Positions 27,301 through 39,600 of a stretch of DNA of 64,000 bases are shown piece after piece. A model generated the notes under the pieces. The model worked only from the letters and a program-made list of their open reading frames with translations. It searched no databases and was not told the origin of the DNA. The translations under genes and the position numbers were made by a program. This stretch comes from Marsupella aquatica (Eukaryota; Plantae; Marchantiophyta): contig OZ316892.1 of NCBI GenBank assembly GCA_973895155.1, forward strand, positions 6,059,978 through 6,123,977, read 5' to 3'. How positions within the stretch are numbered: position 1 is the stretch's first letter; every line of letters starts with the position of its first letter.

Positions 27301-29305
27301 GATCTAGTTACCATTCTGAAAGAGGTGAAAGCCACTCACACAACCGGCCCTGTGCTGATCCACATCGTCACTGAGAAGGGACGCGGCTATCCATATGCAG
27401 AAAGAGCTGCTGATAAATATCATGGTATGTTGTTGTTCTTTTCGTTTGGACGAGTGAAAAGTTTGTTATCAGGTCATCCTTTCTAGAACTCTTCAATTGG
27501 CTGTGCTCTGCAGAAGTGCTGTATTTTAATCACATTGCTGGTTCTTCTTCCCCTGATAGGAGTGGTTAAATTTGATCCTGCTACTGGATTGCAAATGAAG
27601 GGTGGTGCGTCTCTCACCAAGGCCTACACCACATACTATGCCGAAGCTCTAATTGCTGAGGCTGAGAAGGACTCAAGCATTATCGCAATCCACGCTGCGA
27701 TGGGTGGCGGTACAGGCCTCAATTTGTTTAATAAAAGATTTCCGGAGAGGACCTTCGATGTGGGCATTGCAGAACAGCATGCAGTCACGTTTGCTGCTGG
27801 TCTAGCGTGTGAGGGTATGAAGCCATTCTGCACCATCTATTCATCTTTCCTTCAACGAGCTTACGATCAGGTAATTTCCCCATTCACTGCCTACCGCTTG
27901 GATGAATTGCGTTGCGTCGGATGTTGACAAGTCTTATTTGATCTCCTGACTTTAGTACATGCTTGTTTTCCAAAGAATCGTCGAATCTCTTTTGGCTGCA
28001 CAGAAGAGTACTGGAGGTGAGGCATTAGCACGATGATCTGTTTGAAGTCTGTCGATGGGCTTTGTTGTGAATGAATCCCTCATACAGCTCTCCATTGCTT
28101 CTAGATGTACTAGCTTGTTTCGGTTATGCTACCGCTTTTTGTTTGTTAGCAATGATGTTGGAGCTTTAGATAATCTCCTCTGTGGGCAGATGACACATGG
28201 TTCAAGACTTAGTTTGACTGTGTATCTTTGACTGTGCCCAGGTTGCACATGACGTCGATCTTCAGAAGCTTCCGGTCAGATTTGCAATGGACCGTGCAGG
28301 TTTGGTCGGTGCAGATGGACCTACCCACTGCGGTGCATTCGATGTGACTTACATGGCATGCCTGCCTAATATTGTAGTGATGGCACCTGCTGACGAAGCA
28401 GAGCTCTTCCACATGGTTGCTACTGCTGCTCAGATTGACGATCGCCCCAGTTGTTTCCGGTATCCAAGAGGAAACGGAGTTGGAGTACCACTGCCTCCAG
28501 GGAACAAGGGAATTCCCCTAGAGGTGATCCATTAGTACCTTCATACAAGAGCTGCCACACTGCTAACACAAATCTACAACTGCCGTAAAATGAGAGTGGG
28601 AAAGATTGGAAAGCTTTCTGGTCTGGAGTTGACATTTATTGCCTGAATGTGTATTGCCTTCCTGAAGATAACGAAGTGTGTTTCGATTCTGCAGATCGGC
28701 AAGGGGAGGATATTGGTGGAAGGGACGCAGGTGGCGCTGCTGGGATACGGAACAATGGTGCAGAATTGCCTCGATGCACAAAAATTACTCACCGAATATG
28801 GATTATCGGTCACAGTTGCCGATGCTCGGTTTTGCAAGCCCCTAGACCGAGAGTTAATTCGACAATTAGCAAGGGAACATTCCGTGCTCATTACTGTCGA
28901 GGAGGGTTCTATTGGAGGGTTTGGATCACACGTCGCCCAGTTTATGGCTCTTGACGGCCTTCTTGATGGCAAATTGAAGGTGAGAAGCCTTCCCGAGCCT
29001 TTATTACATTCTCCCCTGGATTAACACCTCCTGCGCCATTTTCTTATGATCGCCAGCTTGAGATTCCAATTATATTGTCTTATTCCAAGTTGTTGAAGCT
29101 TCACTTTGGACACACCGAGTTGGTTGACATATTTGTTTTGGTCTCGCGTGCGCAGTGGAGGCCGCTGGTACTTCCGGACAGATACATTGAGCATGGATCG
29201 CCAAAGGATCAATTAGTGCAGGCTGGGTTGAGCGCTTCGCATATTGCTGCAACAGCCTTGAACATCATCGGCAAAACGAGGGAGGCTATGATCGTCATGT
29301 CTTAG
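24361..29305 (+). CDS. DXS: 1-deoxy-D-xylulose-5-phosphate synthase, plastid-targeted (~736 aa, 10 exons)
   Basis: Exons 24361-24549, 24849-24980, 25150-25314, 26069-26219, 26561-26832, 27151-27424, 27560-27870, 28242-28523, 28695-28979, 29156-29305 splice in frame. Motifs [20 protein letters not shown]|[14 protein letters not shown]-binding [14 protein letters not shown] and [15 protein letters not shown], plus a Ser/Thr-rich transit peptide. Confidence 0.97.
25559..25890. repeat. Tandem ~168-bp duplication inside DXS intron 3
   Basis: cggttttgccagaagcggcttg...tgcaatgtatgccgtaattgcagtgtg occurs at ~25559 and again at ~25727. Confidence 0.85.
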
Positions 29306-30127
29306 CTTCTCCTGGACAATTGCAAAAAATCGCACAATTTGGTGCAGATCTCCATCTGTCGACGTCTTAGATTTGAACTCGGTTTTACAGTAGAATATTG
29401 CAGTGGATTAGATCCTCAAGGAGACCTTTTGTCGATCTATCCACCACCTACTGTCACCATCAGCTGGATTGAATCCCTAAACTCGAGTGTCGTGTATAGA
29501 AAATATCTTTCATAACTTCATCTTACCATTTTTTGCCACCGAGCATGCCCCTAGTGTTACTCCAAATCGAACGACCGCCCACGTAGCACAACGAGGTTGT
29601 AGATTTGGGATGAATAAATTAGTTAGACCTTAACTGGAGTAGTGGTAGACTAGGATGCCAGGGGGCCCTACCGATTGGATCACTCGAATCCGAATTGTTG
29701 TTCCGAGTTTCTCTTCAAGAGCAAGCTTGAATTGATCGTCGACTAAACTACCAACTGGCTGAAAATCCCTCTCGACATCATCGCGTTTCTTGCTCAGATT
29801 CTCTTCAGATTGCACCATGTTGTCCCAATACAGCACAAACCCGGCACTTCGTCAAATTCTGGCAATCTAGACTAGCGGGATTAGCTGCAATGGACTGTGA
29901 GCCAACTCGGATTGTGCTGGATGGATTGGAAAGTATTGTGAATGGACAACCATGACCGTCTACCTGAGGTGCAGGAATGAATGTAGATGGATGCAACAAT
30001 ATGTGCACCTTCCCCGTTACTCTCTCCGTCCTGGAATAATCCCCTCGAACTCTATCGTCTGGTCTGGTTCTCTCGTTTCAGAGTCCAAAGTTTCGGCTCT
30101 GGGTGGAGAACGCTACCTGGAGGAGAG

Positions 30128-30482
30128 AATGCTTCGATTCATTCAGAATCACCTCACTTTCTAAATCTGTCTAAATAACAAGCTCCATGCAACATTCACA
30201 ACCTCGCACATGTCACTGGAAAACTCGACTCTTGAGGCACGATATTGAGCGCATGCTTCGATTCATTCAGAATCAACGCACTTTCTAAATCTGTCTAAAT
30301 CACAAGCTCCGTGCAACATTCACAACCTCGCACATGTCACTGGAACACTCGACTCTTGAGGCGTGATATTGAGCAAATGCTTCGATTCATTCAGAATCAG
30401 CTCACTTTCTAAATGACAAGCAGCTCCGTGCAACATTCACAACCTCCCACATGTCACTCGCAAACTCTACTGTGGAGGCATG
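30128..30482. repeat. Three tandem copies of a ~125-bp unit downstream of DXS
   Basis: atgcttcgattcattcagaatca...gcaacattcacaacctc(g/c)cacatgtcact repeats at ~30129, ~30253 and ~30377. Confidence 0.9.
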
Positions 30483-31191
30483 ACATGTTATGTTTCCCTT
30501 CCAAAGATAACATGCAAACATACAATTGACTGGGCCATCTGATTCATACTCTCAAGGTCAAATGCAGCAAATGAGAATGTTTGTTTTTGTCTTTGAACTA
30601 ATGTTGTTTTGGGCCAATTGATTTCTTACTATCAAGCTGAAAAAGGGACAAAAGAACGTTTGTCTCGGAAGATGATGTTGTGGGATGTTGTCATAGCCAA
30701 CATTTGGCTCCAGAGTGTGCACACCAAAAAGACTAAATAGTCAGCTTGTTACCATGTACATGAGGGAAGGTAGAGGGGGGTTAGGATCTTCAACAATGAG
30801 TCAGCAATGAGCAGATTCCAGGGAGGGGAGGGGAGGGGAGGGGAGGGGATCACTTCCCCTCCAACACCCCGTTACCTGCAAAAAAGTATAGGCATTTTTT
30901 AGTTAGTTTTTTGACAAGATATACTATTTCTTGTGGAAGAGCAATAGAGATAGTTTGTTCTTATGGCTTCTAAGTACGAAAGTTTGAGGTATATTGTTAA
31001 GATATATCCCAGTATAATACAAGATGTCACCTGTCACCATACAATAGGTCCATATTTCACATAGTTACTCTAAGCTGTAGTATAAACCATCAAGTGGGTC
31101 TGGGTTTGATGGATGGTAAGTGGAGGCCTTCCAATACAGGTGCCAAAATATGAGGAAATAGAGACTTTGTGGGAGGCAAAGATGCAACTAA

Positions 31192-31535
31192 TGTTAGGAT
31201 TTACTCTTAGGTCTAGAGTTACGACTGTACCGTAGTTAAGGCTAACCTTAGTCGTTTACTTGGTTAGGTTAGTCATGTTGTGCACACTCTATAACCAAGC
31301 GGTGTTTGCTTGGTGAGTGGGAACTCAGGCTCATTGTTACGGAGCTAGTTGAGAGATAGAGAGAGCTTGCGCTGTGGATGCTTGGAATGGCGATCGGCCT
31401 AGAGTGCAGTAAAGCTCTCGTGTGTTCCCGTGGACGTAGCCTCATATGGAGGTGAACCACGTATCTCTCTGTGTCGACTCTTGTGCGTTGGATGGTTCAT
31501 GGGCTTGCCGTTGCGATTGTCATCTATGGTCAACA
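31192..31535 (+). mobile_element. Solo LTR (copia-like), 344 bp, with 5-bp TSD
   Basis: Starts TGTTAG and ends CAACA, flanked by identical ACTAA (31187-31191 and 31536-31540). Internal cccgtggacgtagcc...gaaccacgta resembles a common plant copia LTR motif. Confidence 0.85.
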
Positions 31536-33206
31536 ACTAAGTGTAGCAATTAGTCTAAAGAAAGTTTGGAACTAGTCTATGCTTGGGTTATTTTAGCATT
31601 AGTCATGCTTTGCCAACTTTTGTATGTATCTATTCTTGCCTGGCTAATTTTAGCATTAGTCCTTGATTTGCAAATTTTAGAATGGCTTGATCCAATGCTT
31701 CAGACCAAATCAATCTTCTTCTTCTTTTATAAAAAAAAACAGGCTTAAAAGCAAGTAGAGGGAAAAACCACTGGAGAGGCCACCTCAATCAGGCCACAGG
31801 AGGACCATATAGATCTTAAGCAAGCTAGTAGAGTCATGATGGGCTTAAATCAAATTTATTGGATCCACTTTGAGAATGAAGACACCTGCTCATGCAGAAT
31901 GCATGGGTTGTGAGCTAGTTATTATTCATACCATCTTTAACTAACCTGTCCCCCACAATGGCTGAAATTGCTAACTGCTCCCCCATTCTATTTTAATTAC
32001 TTCCTGCCCACCCCCCCCCCCCCTTTTTGTATGTTGGGTTTACTTAACTGCAGGAGCTAACCCAACGTCGGCCCTCATTGGTTGGCTGCCATGTGGCAAG
32101 GTGCGATTGAACCAGGCATAGATGGACAATACATAATCAAGCAGAATAAGTGTGTGAAAAACGTGTTAAAATCTAACTTCTTGTTAGAAAGTCTAGGAAT
32201 CTAGGCAAATGTTCGTGACTCCATTTTTTACTCCATTTGCCTACAACATTGGTCATAATAGTGACGTAATGACAAACAATCCACTTGCTTGGAGTACTAC
32301 AATAGAACCTGCACCAAAAGCTATATTAAGGACGTACAAATTTTCACTAACTTGCTTTTAGGTATTGATAGTCAGCTCAATTAAAACCATAAACTTTGAA
32401 GGTGTGGACTTGCCTTTTCATGACCATCCAGACAATCTGGACCACATGCACTTCTAAAAGTGTGGACCACACTTTTTGCAAAATTTCTTCCTTGAATGGT
32501 TTTTGCAAGATTTTTCCCCTTAATTCTTTTTTTCATCCAAAATATCACATCATATGGAGGTGCGCTGCTAAAATTAACTTACTAGGAGTGGTTCTCGACT
32601 AAAATGGCCCACGCTAAAATTTGGAAACCGCTAGGACTATTAAAATCTAGATTCTATGCAGCCTTTTGGTGAATCTCTCGCCTGTTGACTCGCTCATGCT
32701 TTGTTTTTATAAATCCAGGAAGACAAGACGGTAAGTTGCCAACCTCTTCTCTTCTCTTCTGAAATCTTTGCTTCTGAAATCTTTGGCAACTCACTGGTGA
32801 GAATGATCATGGGAATATCTTGTCTTGTGCCCTGCGTTACAACTGCAAGCTTCTATTATCCACTGGTTAGACAATGATCGATGTGGAAATCAGAAGCAGG
32901 AGTCCAGAAAAAGTGGCAAAGAAATCCGTCCTGAAATCTCGATTGACGCTGGTGGAAGGTTTTGGGATGGAGCACTACCCCGTTTTCATTGGCCTAGCCT
33001 AATTTTTGAGCTCGAATCAAGATCCAAACAGCGGTAAGAGTCGAATGAAAGTGAGAATATCGTTCAATGCTTGGACAAAGTCTCGATTTTGGCGCCCATG
33101 GATTTCTTGAGTGGTTTCTCGATGATAAAGGGAAATAATGATAGCATCGCCAGCCTGGGTATCCGTTTAATGTAATGTAATGAACACGACATACGTTCAT
33201 GTGGCA

Positions 33207-33397
33207 GAATCGTCCTGAGATTTTGCCCGATCAGCCAAAAATTGCAGTGGCTGGCCATGTAATTGCGTGCAATTTCGTCGAAATTCTCTGCCTATCATGA
33301 AAGAATCGTCCTGAGAGATTTTGCCTGATCAGCCAAAACTTGCAGTGGCTGGCCATGTAATTGCGTGCAATTTCATTGAAATTCTTTGCCTATCATC
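33207..33397. repeat. Tandem ~95-bp duplication upstream of the p28-domain gene
   Basis: agaatcgtcctgaga...gatcagccaaaa..tgcagtggctggccatgtaattgcgtgcaatttc occurs at ~33207 and ~33302. Confidence 0.85.
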
Positions 33398-33664
33398 GCA
33401 TGGGCCAGTGCTGCAGTGATGGAGATTGGATCGTTGCATTGTATGCAGAGAAGTGAATTTTGAGAAAATCAAGGTCCTCTAAAACACTTGCTCACAGTGT
33501 CGAGCAACCAACTCCTTGTTGAGGAGATTCCACAACAGCAAAGATGATGAAGAGGAAAGTTACCTGGATTTGATCCAATAAAGATCGATAGTGGCTGCCT
33601 GAATTGCTACGAGAAAGGGGAGGATCTTAACTACTTTCAACAAGCGACAAATGTGAGCAGCAAG

Positions 33665-36600
33665 ATGAAGGAGCCGGACCTCACCCTTCGTGGGCGGGCT
33701 TCCATGTCCCGATCCCTCTCGCCAGTCTCAAACCGCGATTCCCAACTACTGAGTCCCTCAGCCGCCAAAGCCCGAGGGATTCGTGAATCTCGCAAATTCT
33801 CGTGGGACGGGTATGAAAATGCCATCACCAAAAATGAGGAAGAGTACAAGCCCAGTAGTGTATCCCCAACTCCGGACAGCCCAGCTCGAAGACCTTCCCG
33901 ATTTTCATCCCCATCTCTCTCTCCTATGCACTCTCCATCTCGTGGCCCCTCCCCTGAGAATGGTGCCAACCCCAATGCTGTTGCCCCAGCAGGCCAGGAA
34001 GCATTCCCAACTCCAACAACCACGAGAAGACCCTCAAAGCGTCAATCTGCTGTCCAGATTGCGACTCCTGTCGAGATCAACGGAAAGTTCTCTGCCCAAC
34101 CTGATTTGTACTCATTTCCCCGCTCTAAAAGCCATGCCCGGTTCAGCCGAAGTTTGCCTAAATTGCCTGACGAATTCCCCAGCATTCAAAGGTCTGCAAG
34201 CCCGGACATTGTTCCAGTGGGCCCAGTTGGGACATCGCCTGTTCCCGGGTTTGGGCATGGTCACGGCCGCCCCAGCTTTCTGAGCCACCAGCCTGAAAGA
34301 GGACGTGATGGAGAGCGACGTTCTTTCTTGGGAGACAACTACGGGTATGGTGATGCTGCTGTTTCTAAAATTCAAGAACCTCAGAAACCAATCAAGGTAA
34401 CCTTTTCATGTGCTTAAGGATGAGTAATGTGAGCGTCTTGGATGCTGTCAGTCATCAGGCCAGACTATGCAACACAATTTGAAGCTCAAGTTTATACACG
34501 AATCAATTGTGTAACAGGATTCCTTGAGAATAATATCGGATGGACACGAGTCTTCTAAAGGCGTTAGTCTTTTTTGTCCCTCAATTCTCTTTTTGCACGT
34601 ACCTATCTTAGAGATGATCAGGACGGAAAAATATGTAGATTCCTACCATCAAGGAGTGAATTGGAAAATTAGTTGAATGGCCTGTCATGTAGGTTACGCT
34701 TACTCCCAGGGTGCCGGGAGATGAGGCCTGGAGGGACGACGATGAAGTCAACCATCCTAAATCCCCCAAAGAAAGGCTAGATGGAGAGGAGCTGACGTTC
34801 AAAATACCAGAATATCTTGCAGAATTGCGAGGCACATCACAGGAAGGGGAGCGTCCGACTTTGGGCCCAAGGCCTAGCAACATTGCAGGCGTTCCGGTCA
34901 TGGGCAGCCATAGGCGAAGCACCTTTGTCAGAGCTGTGGAGGCTGTCACAGGCCTTGGAGCTACACTTATTGCTCCAAGTACTGAAAAGATGACCAGCAA
35001 GTATGTCACAACTGCTGCAAAGAGGAGTAGTACTGTCATTGTGCCTGTCAATGCGAAGCAGTGGCTCTTGCAAAGCTTGAGGATGAAAGATTGGGAACTG
35101 CGAGAACTATTTGATCAGGTTAGTTCCATCATTGCCCAAAAATAATGCTTATTGGCCTTAGGGTACTGTACTTCCTAACGTGCAAGGGCTTGCCAAGTTT
35201 TTGTCCTGGACATTGGAAAAACACCATGGGCTAGATCGTATTCTTGAGAGCCTAGTGCAGTTCTTTGTCCCGATCAATCACAATGCAAACCCATCGTGTA
35301 TGCCTGCCATTGGTCCATACAGATGGAGAGGATACCCCAGCTTGCAGGAGACCATGTGAGGGAAGTGAGAGCAGAATGGGAATCATTGGAGGCTCGGGCA
35401 ATGAAAGTTCCACCTGAGGCTGACATGCTCCTTAAGGACCAGCAGCTCTTGGAGAGAACCAGATGCCTTCTAAGGCGATTTGTTCAAGTGGTTTCTGAAG
35501 ACACTTCGGAAGATCAACAACAGCAGCAGACTAGGCCACTACAGGAAACACCGGATCTGAGCATGGGAACTACTGCTATGTCCGAACACGAGGGGATCAA
35601 GATGGACGAGATGCAACCACCACCAAAGCAAGATAGCGAATTATTTTCTCCGTCTCCTCTTGGACAGAGAAATGGCTCTATTGCTTCTCCCTCTCCTCTT
35701 GGTCTGAGGAGTGACTTTCTTCCTGACGCATATTTGCGAAAGCCGACGATTGCAAGGCCCTTTTGCCCTTCTTGTGGAAGACTGGACACAACAGCTCCGA
35801 ACACCAGAATCATGGGTGGGATATTGCCTCGCGAGAGCATATACCAAAGCCGAGGGCCATCACCAATCCCACGAGCTTCTCTTCCATCATTCATTCCATA
35901 TGAGGACTATGTGGTCAGGCAGTCCATAGTCAAGGTACTCTTTTGTGAAACTTTGGGGACCATATTTCTAAATTCAAATTGCCATATGAGCTGTTATTTG
36001 TAGGCACGGGAGACATACAGTGTGGTTTAGGTGGTTCGATGGTCTTGTAATGATGGGAAACCTCAAGAGCTTGAGTTACGTAGCTTAAGGAATACCAGTT
36101 TGGAAACTAAGGATCTTAGAATGCCGCTTCAAGTTGGTACGAAAGTGGACGGTGGGTTCTGTTTCTCATCCTGCTAGGCTGTTTGATGATCTTTCAAACC
36201 TTAGGCAAATGGAGCATGAACTAATGCGGTCCACTTACCTAACCTTTACTAACATATTGAAGTGACCAGCAACATCCTCAGGAAGAGAAGTGTTGCTACT
36301 GTGATTCAGAGTTGTAGCCAGTATCCTGTAGACTTTCTTACTTTTGTACGGAACAAAACGTTTCTAAGCGGGCTTGCCTAATTTGGGGTTGCAGCCATCT
36401 GGGAAATCTGACCAATTCAAATCAACCTACAGTCCTTTGGAGAAGCGTTGGTACACAGTTCTTTTCCCTGCTTTACAGGTGACCTCCGGATTCTTTATGG
36501 TAAAGCTTACCCACTTTAATAACCATCACGCAAGGCACTCTGAACGTCTTCACAAAGTAACAATTTGTCTCTATCATGTTGCCGACGAAGACTAGAGCCT

Positions 36601-39600
36601 GAATGAAAAGTCTGGAAACATTCAAGTCCAGTCTTGGCTCAATCTCATCATGAGGTAGGGTGAGGAGTGCCACATTACACTTCGGTTCCTTTTGCTGTAA
36701 TGTTTTCGTCATATGCTATTGACTTTAGAGGTGGTGTCCAACTTACTTACCCGAATGGTTGCTAGTTGGCTGGGGTGCACCCACCTCTTGGTATTTCTTA
36801 TAGATAGGATGAAGTAATGTGTCTTGCTCAAGATAATGATGAAGATGTTGTGCAGCCAGGAAAAAGAGAGGACGTCTCTTTGCTCAGTGAGTGGCTTTGC
36901 CATGCAACCCAGCGAAATGGTGTGGAGGACCCAGATGGTCATTTTAAGGACGTGGAGACTGCCTTTGTACTTCACTCTATCGCTTTCTTGGAGGTCGTGC
37001 GGCAGGTATTAAAGATCCCTCTACAACCAATCTCAGATGTAGACAAACAGGTTGAAGATTTGTTTTTCTCATTCTCCAAAACACCAAATTTTGAGTGGTT
37101 ATATTTGAAGTGGAGAGCGCTTATAATGACTACCGATACCCATTTTGATACGTAGACGAATAGTTGCACAATGTTTAGAACAATAATTTAAAAGATATGA
37201 TGCGCGTAGGTGAGACGGCTTAGCATTTGTTGACAGTGCTCTTGGCAGTCAATTGAGTCACTACTTAGTTGGAGGAGGCTGACCTCAATCACTACTTTCC
37301 CCCTACCGTCAATGATGTTCAGTGGACCTTTGCCAAGAAATGCTCTCTCCATTTTAGGCATCATGTGTGTACACTTCAAGAGGTATAACATGTACTGGAA
37401 ATGTACACACTTCAACATTTCAACATGTACTGGAAATGTTGAAGTGTTCAAGTTTTTATTGAAGTGTACACACAAGAGGCTAATTTATTTTAGTCCCTTT
37501 CTTCAATTATGTCCATGGCTGCATCGTTTATTTTGGAATAGTGGTTCCTGATGGTGACTCAAGTTCAAATTTACATGGAACAAACGCCCTGCTTATAAAC
37601 AGCACTCCCTTCCAGAAACCATCCATATATCAATAGAGCAGCACTTGCAATTTTGCTGCCCTACAAAATCAGTCCATGTTTTCCCAGACAGTTCAAAAGT
37701 TTGAATTAAGAAACCCAGCAAGCAAGAGCTGGAAGTGTCGTGGATACTCATAACTATATCAATCTATTTACGAACCTTCAAACCTTAACAAGAAGAAATG
37801 CACATCAAAGCGTTTTACTGTCTTGTTGATCTGCACTAAAACTTAAAGTTCAATTATGCTGTAATTTGTTTGATATGATAAACTCAAGGCTAAAGATATC
37901 CAAAAAGTGGTCTGTACTTGCAACATTTCAATCTTTCCATATCCTCTCGACCTAGAGTGCACGAGAGGAAAACAGTTTACTTAACAATTATCGTCACAAA
38001 GAAACATTTCCATTATCCATTTCAAATGAGAGTCCAGAATTTTCAACCAATTTTTGTTCACTTGCGTTGCTGTCATGTAACGTCCATATTTTCCTGAAAC
38101 TGTGGTCAGGTGCGCATCCATTGTGAAGAAAGGGGAGACCTGATCCTCTATGTCTGGCGGCAACTGCTCCGTATATTCAACCAGGTTCATTTTCTTCCGG
38201 GTTAGCTACTGCGCTTCCTCAGTGTATCAGTTGAACAAACCAACGTCAAACATTTCCTATTGCCTGTTACATAAACTTTCCATCCAGTGCGCTATCACTA
38301 GAAGAAACGATATGCTTCTTGGTCATGGTGATAATTGTATTAGACATCTATCATTAGAAAGATTTCTACACCCATCTAGCTGTGACCACAACTTTGCCTC
38401 ACCTAGTCTTACATCTTAATTCAATTATTGTGGAGTGACAGTTAGGCCATCTAAGTTTTTACCCCAGGAAATCTCAGTTCAGAGAGCTATCAGCTGAAGA
38501 ATAGGCAGCAAGTGATACAGATGAGTGGACAAGCAAGCAAGCCAACTATGCGTAACCTTGGAATGATATATTCAAGAAAGCATCTAGATATTGTTTTGCA
38601 TACTCTCCCAGTGAAACCGTAAAGCACAGATGTATTATGAACCAAAACGTGAAATGTACATCCTGGATGCAAAACATACGATTTCATTGCCTCTTGAGAT
38701 TAAGTAGCATGGAGACATCGATCCCACGAAGGACCGCTGTGATAATTAAGTAGAACAATTTTGAACACAGGTGATGCAAAGAGCAGAGCCCAAACTCACC
38801 ACTATGGAGGATGAAGTCAAGAAAGTAAAGGAGTTACATGAAAAAGACAAAAGCGAGTATGCACAGAGGCTTAAGGCTATGGAAGTTCTCAAATTAACCT
38901 TGAAGGAAACACAGGATAACCTTCGGAGATTGGAGACTGAAATTGTGAAGTATAAAAGATGTCGACTGTGTCTTGCTGGGAATATGACTCCGCGTACACG
39001 AGAGACTTTTGTCAAGAAGGCAATGCTGAAACGTTTTTCAGGCACTAGTTTTAGTATAGATGGCAGAGAGAAAACTAGAGCAGAGCTCCTTGACGAGAGT
39101 GTTGATGAGATTACAGCCGGAGGAAAGGATGACAAGGAAAGTGATGATCCAGATTCCCAGGAGAAGGGAACCCAACCTGTTACTAAGGTAGCCCTGTTGT
39201 TACCTGTTGTTGGAGAACAGTCAGGAAAGGAATCGCCTCAAGTACTAGAGAAACCAGATCAGGCTGAAAATCCTAAGCCCAGTACAGTTATCACATTTTT
39301 GCGGGCGGCACTTTTGAAGAGATCTCAAAGACCAAGCGTAAACGAGGCTGCAACTCTACAGTTACAGAACGAATACAATGCATTTCGACAAAAACCTACT
39401 TCAAAATCTGGTGTAGACAAAAGTGTCCAGACAGATGAAGTCACTATCAGCGAGACGAGCCAGTATGCAAACGTTCTCAAACGATCTGCCAGTTGTCCAA
39501 CCAGACTCTTTTGGACGGAAGTCCATGATCCTGAGAAGTCAGCGAGACATAAACAATGGTTGATAGACAATGGCATGATTGCAGACAAGCAAGCAGTAAC

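Noticed and set aside
30128-30482. Regular repeats considered as a CRISPR-like array
   Set aside because: The whole unit repeats with no unique spacers, the context is eukaryotic, and there are no cas genes.
30821-30849. (GGGGA)n potential G-quadruplex
   Set aside because: A simple intergenic repeat with no evidence of function.
32735-32790. GTTGCCAA...TTGGCAAC resembling RFX X-box half-sites upstream of the flagellar-type gene
   Set aside because: The halves are ~40 bp apart and land plants are not known to have RFX factors.
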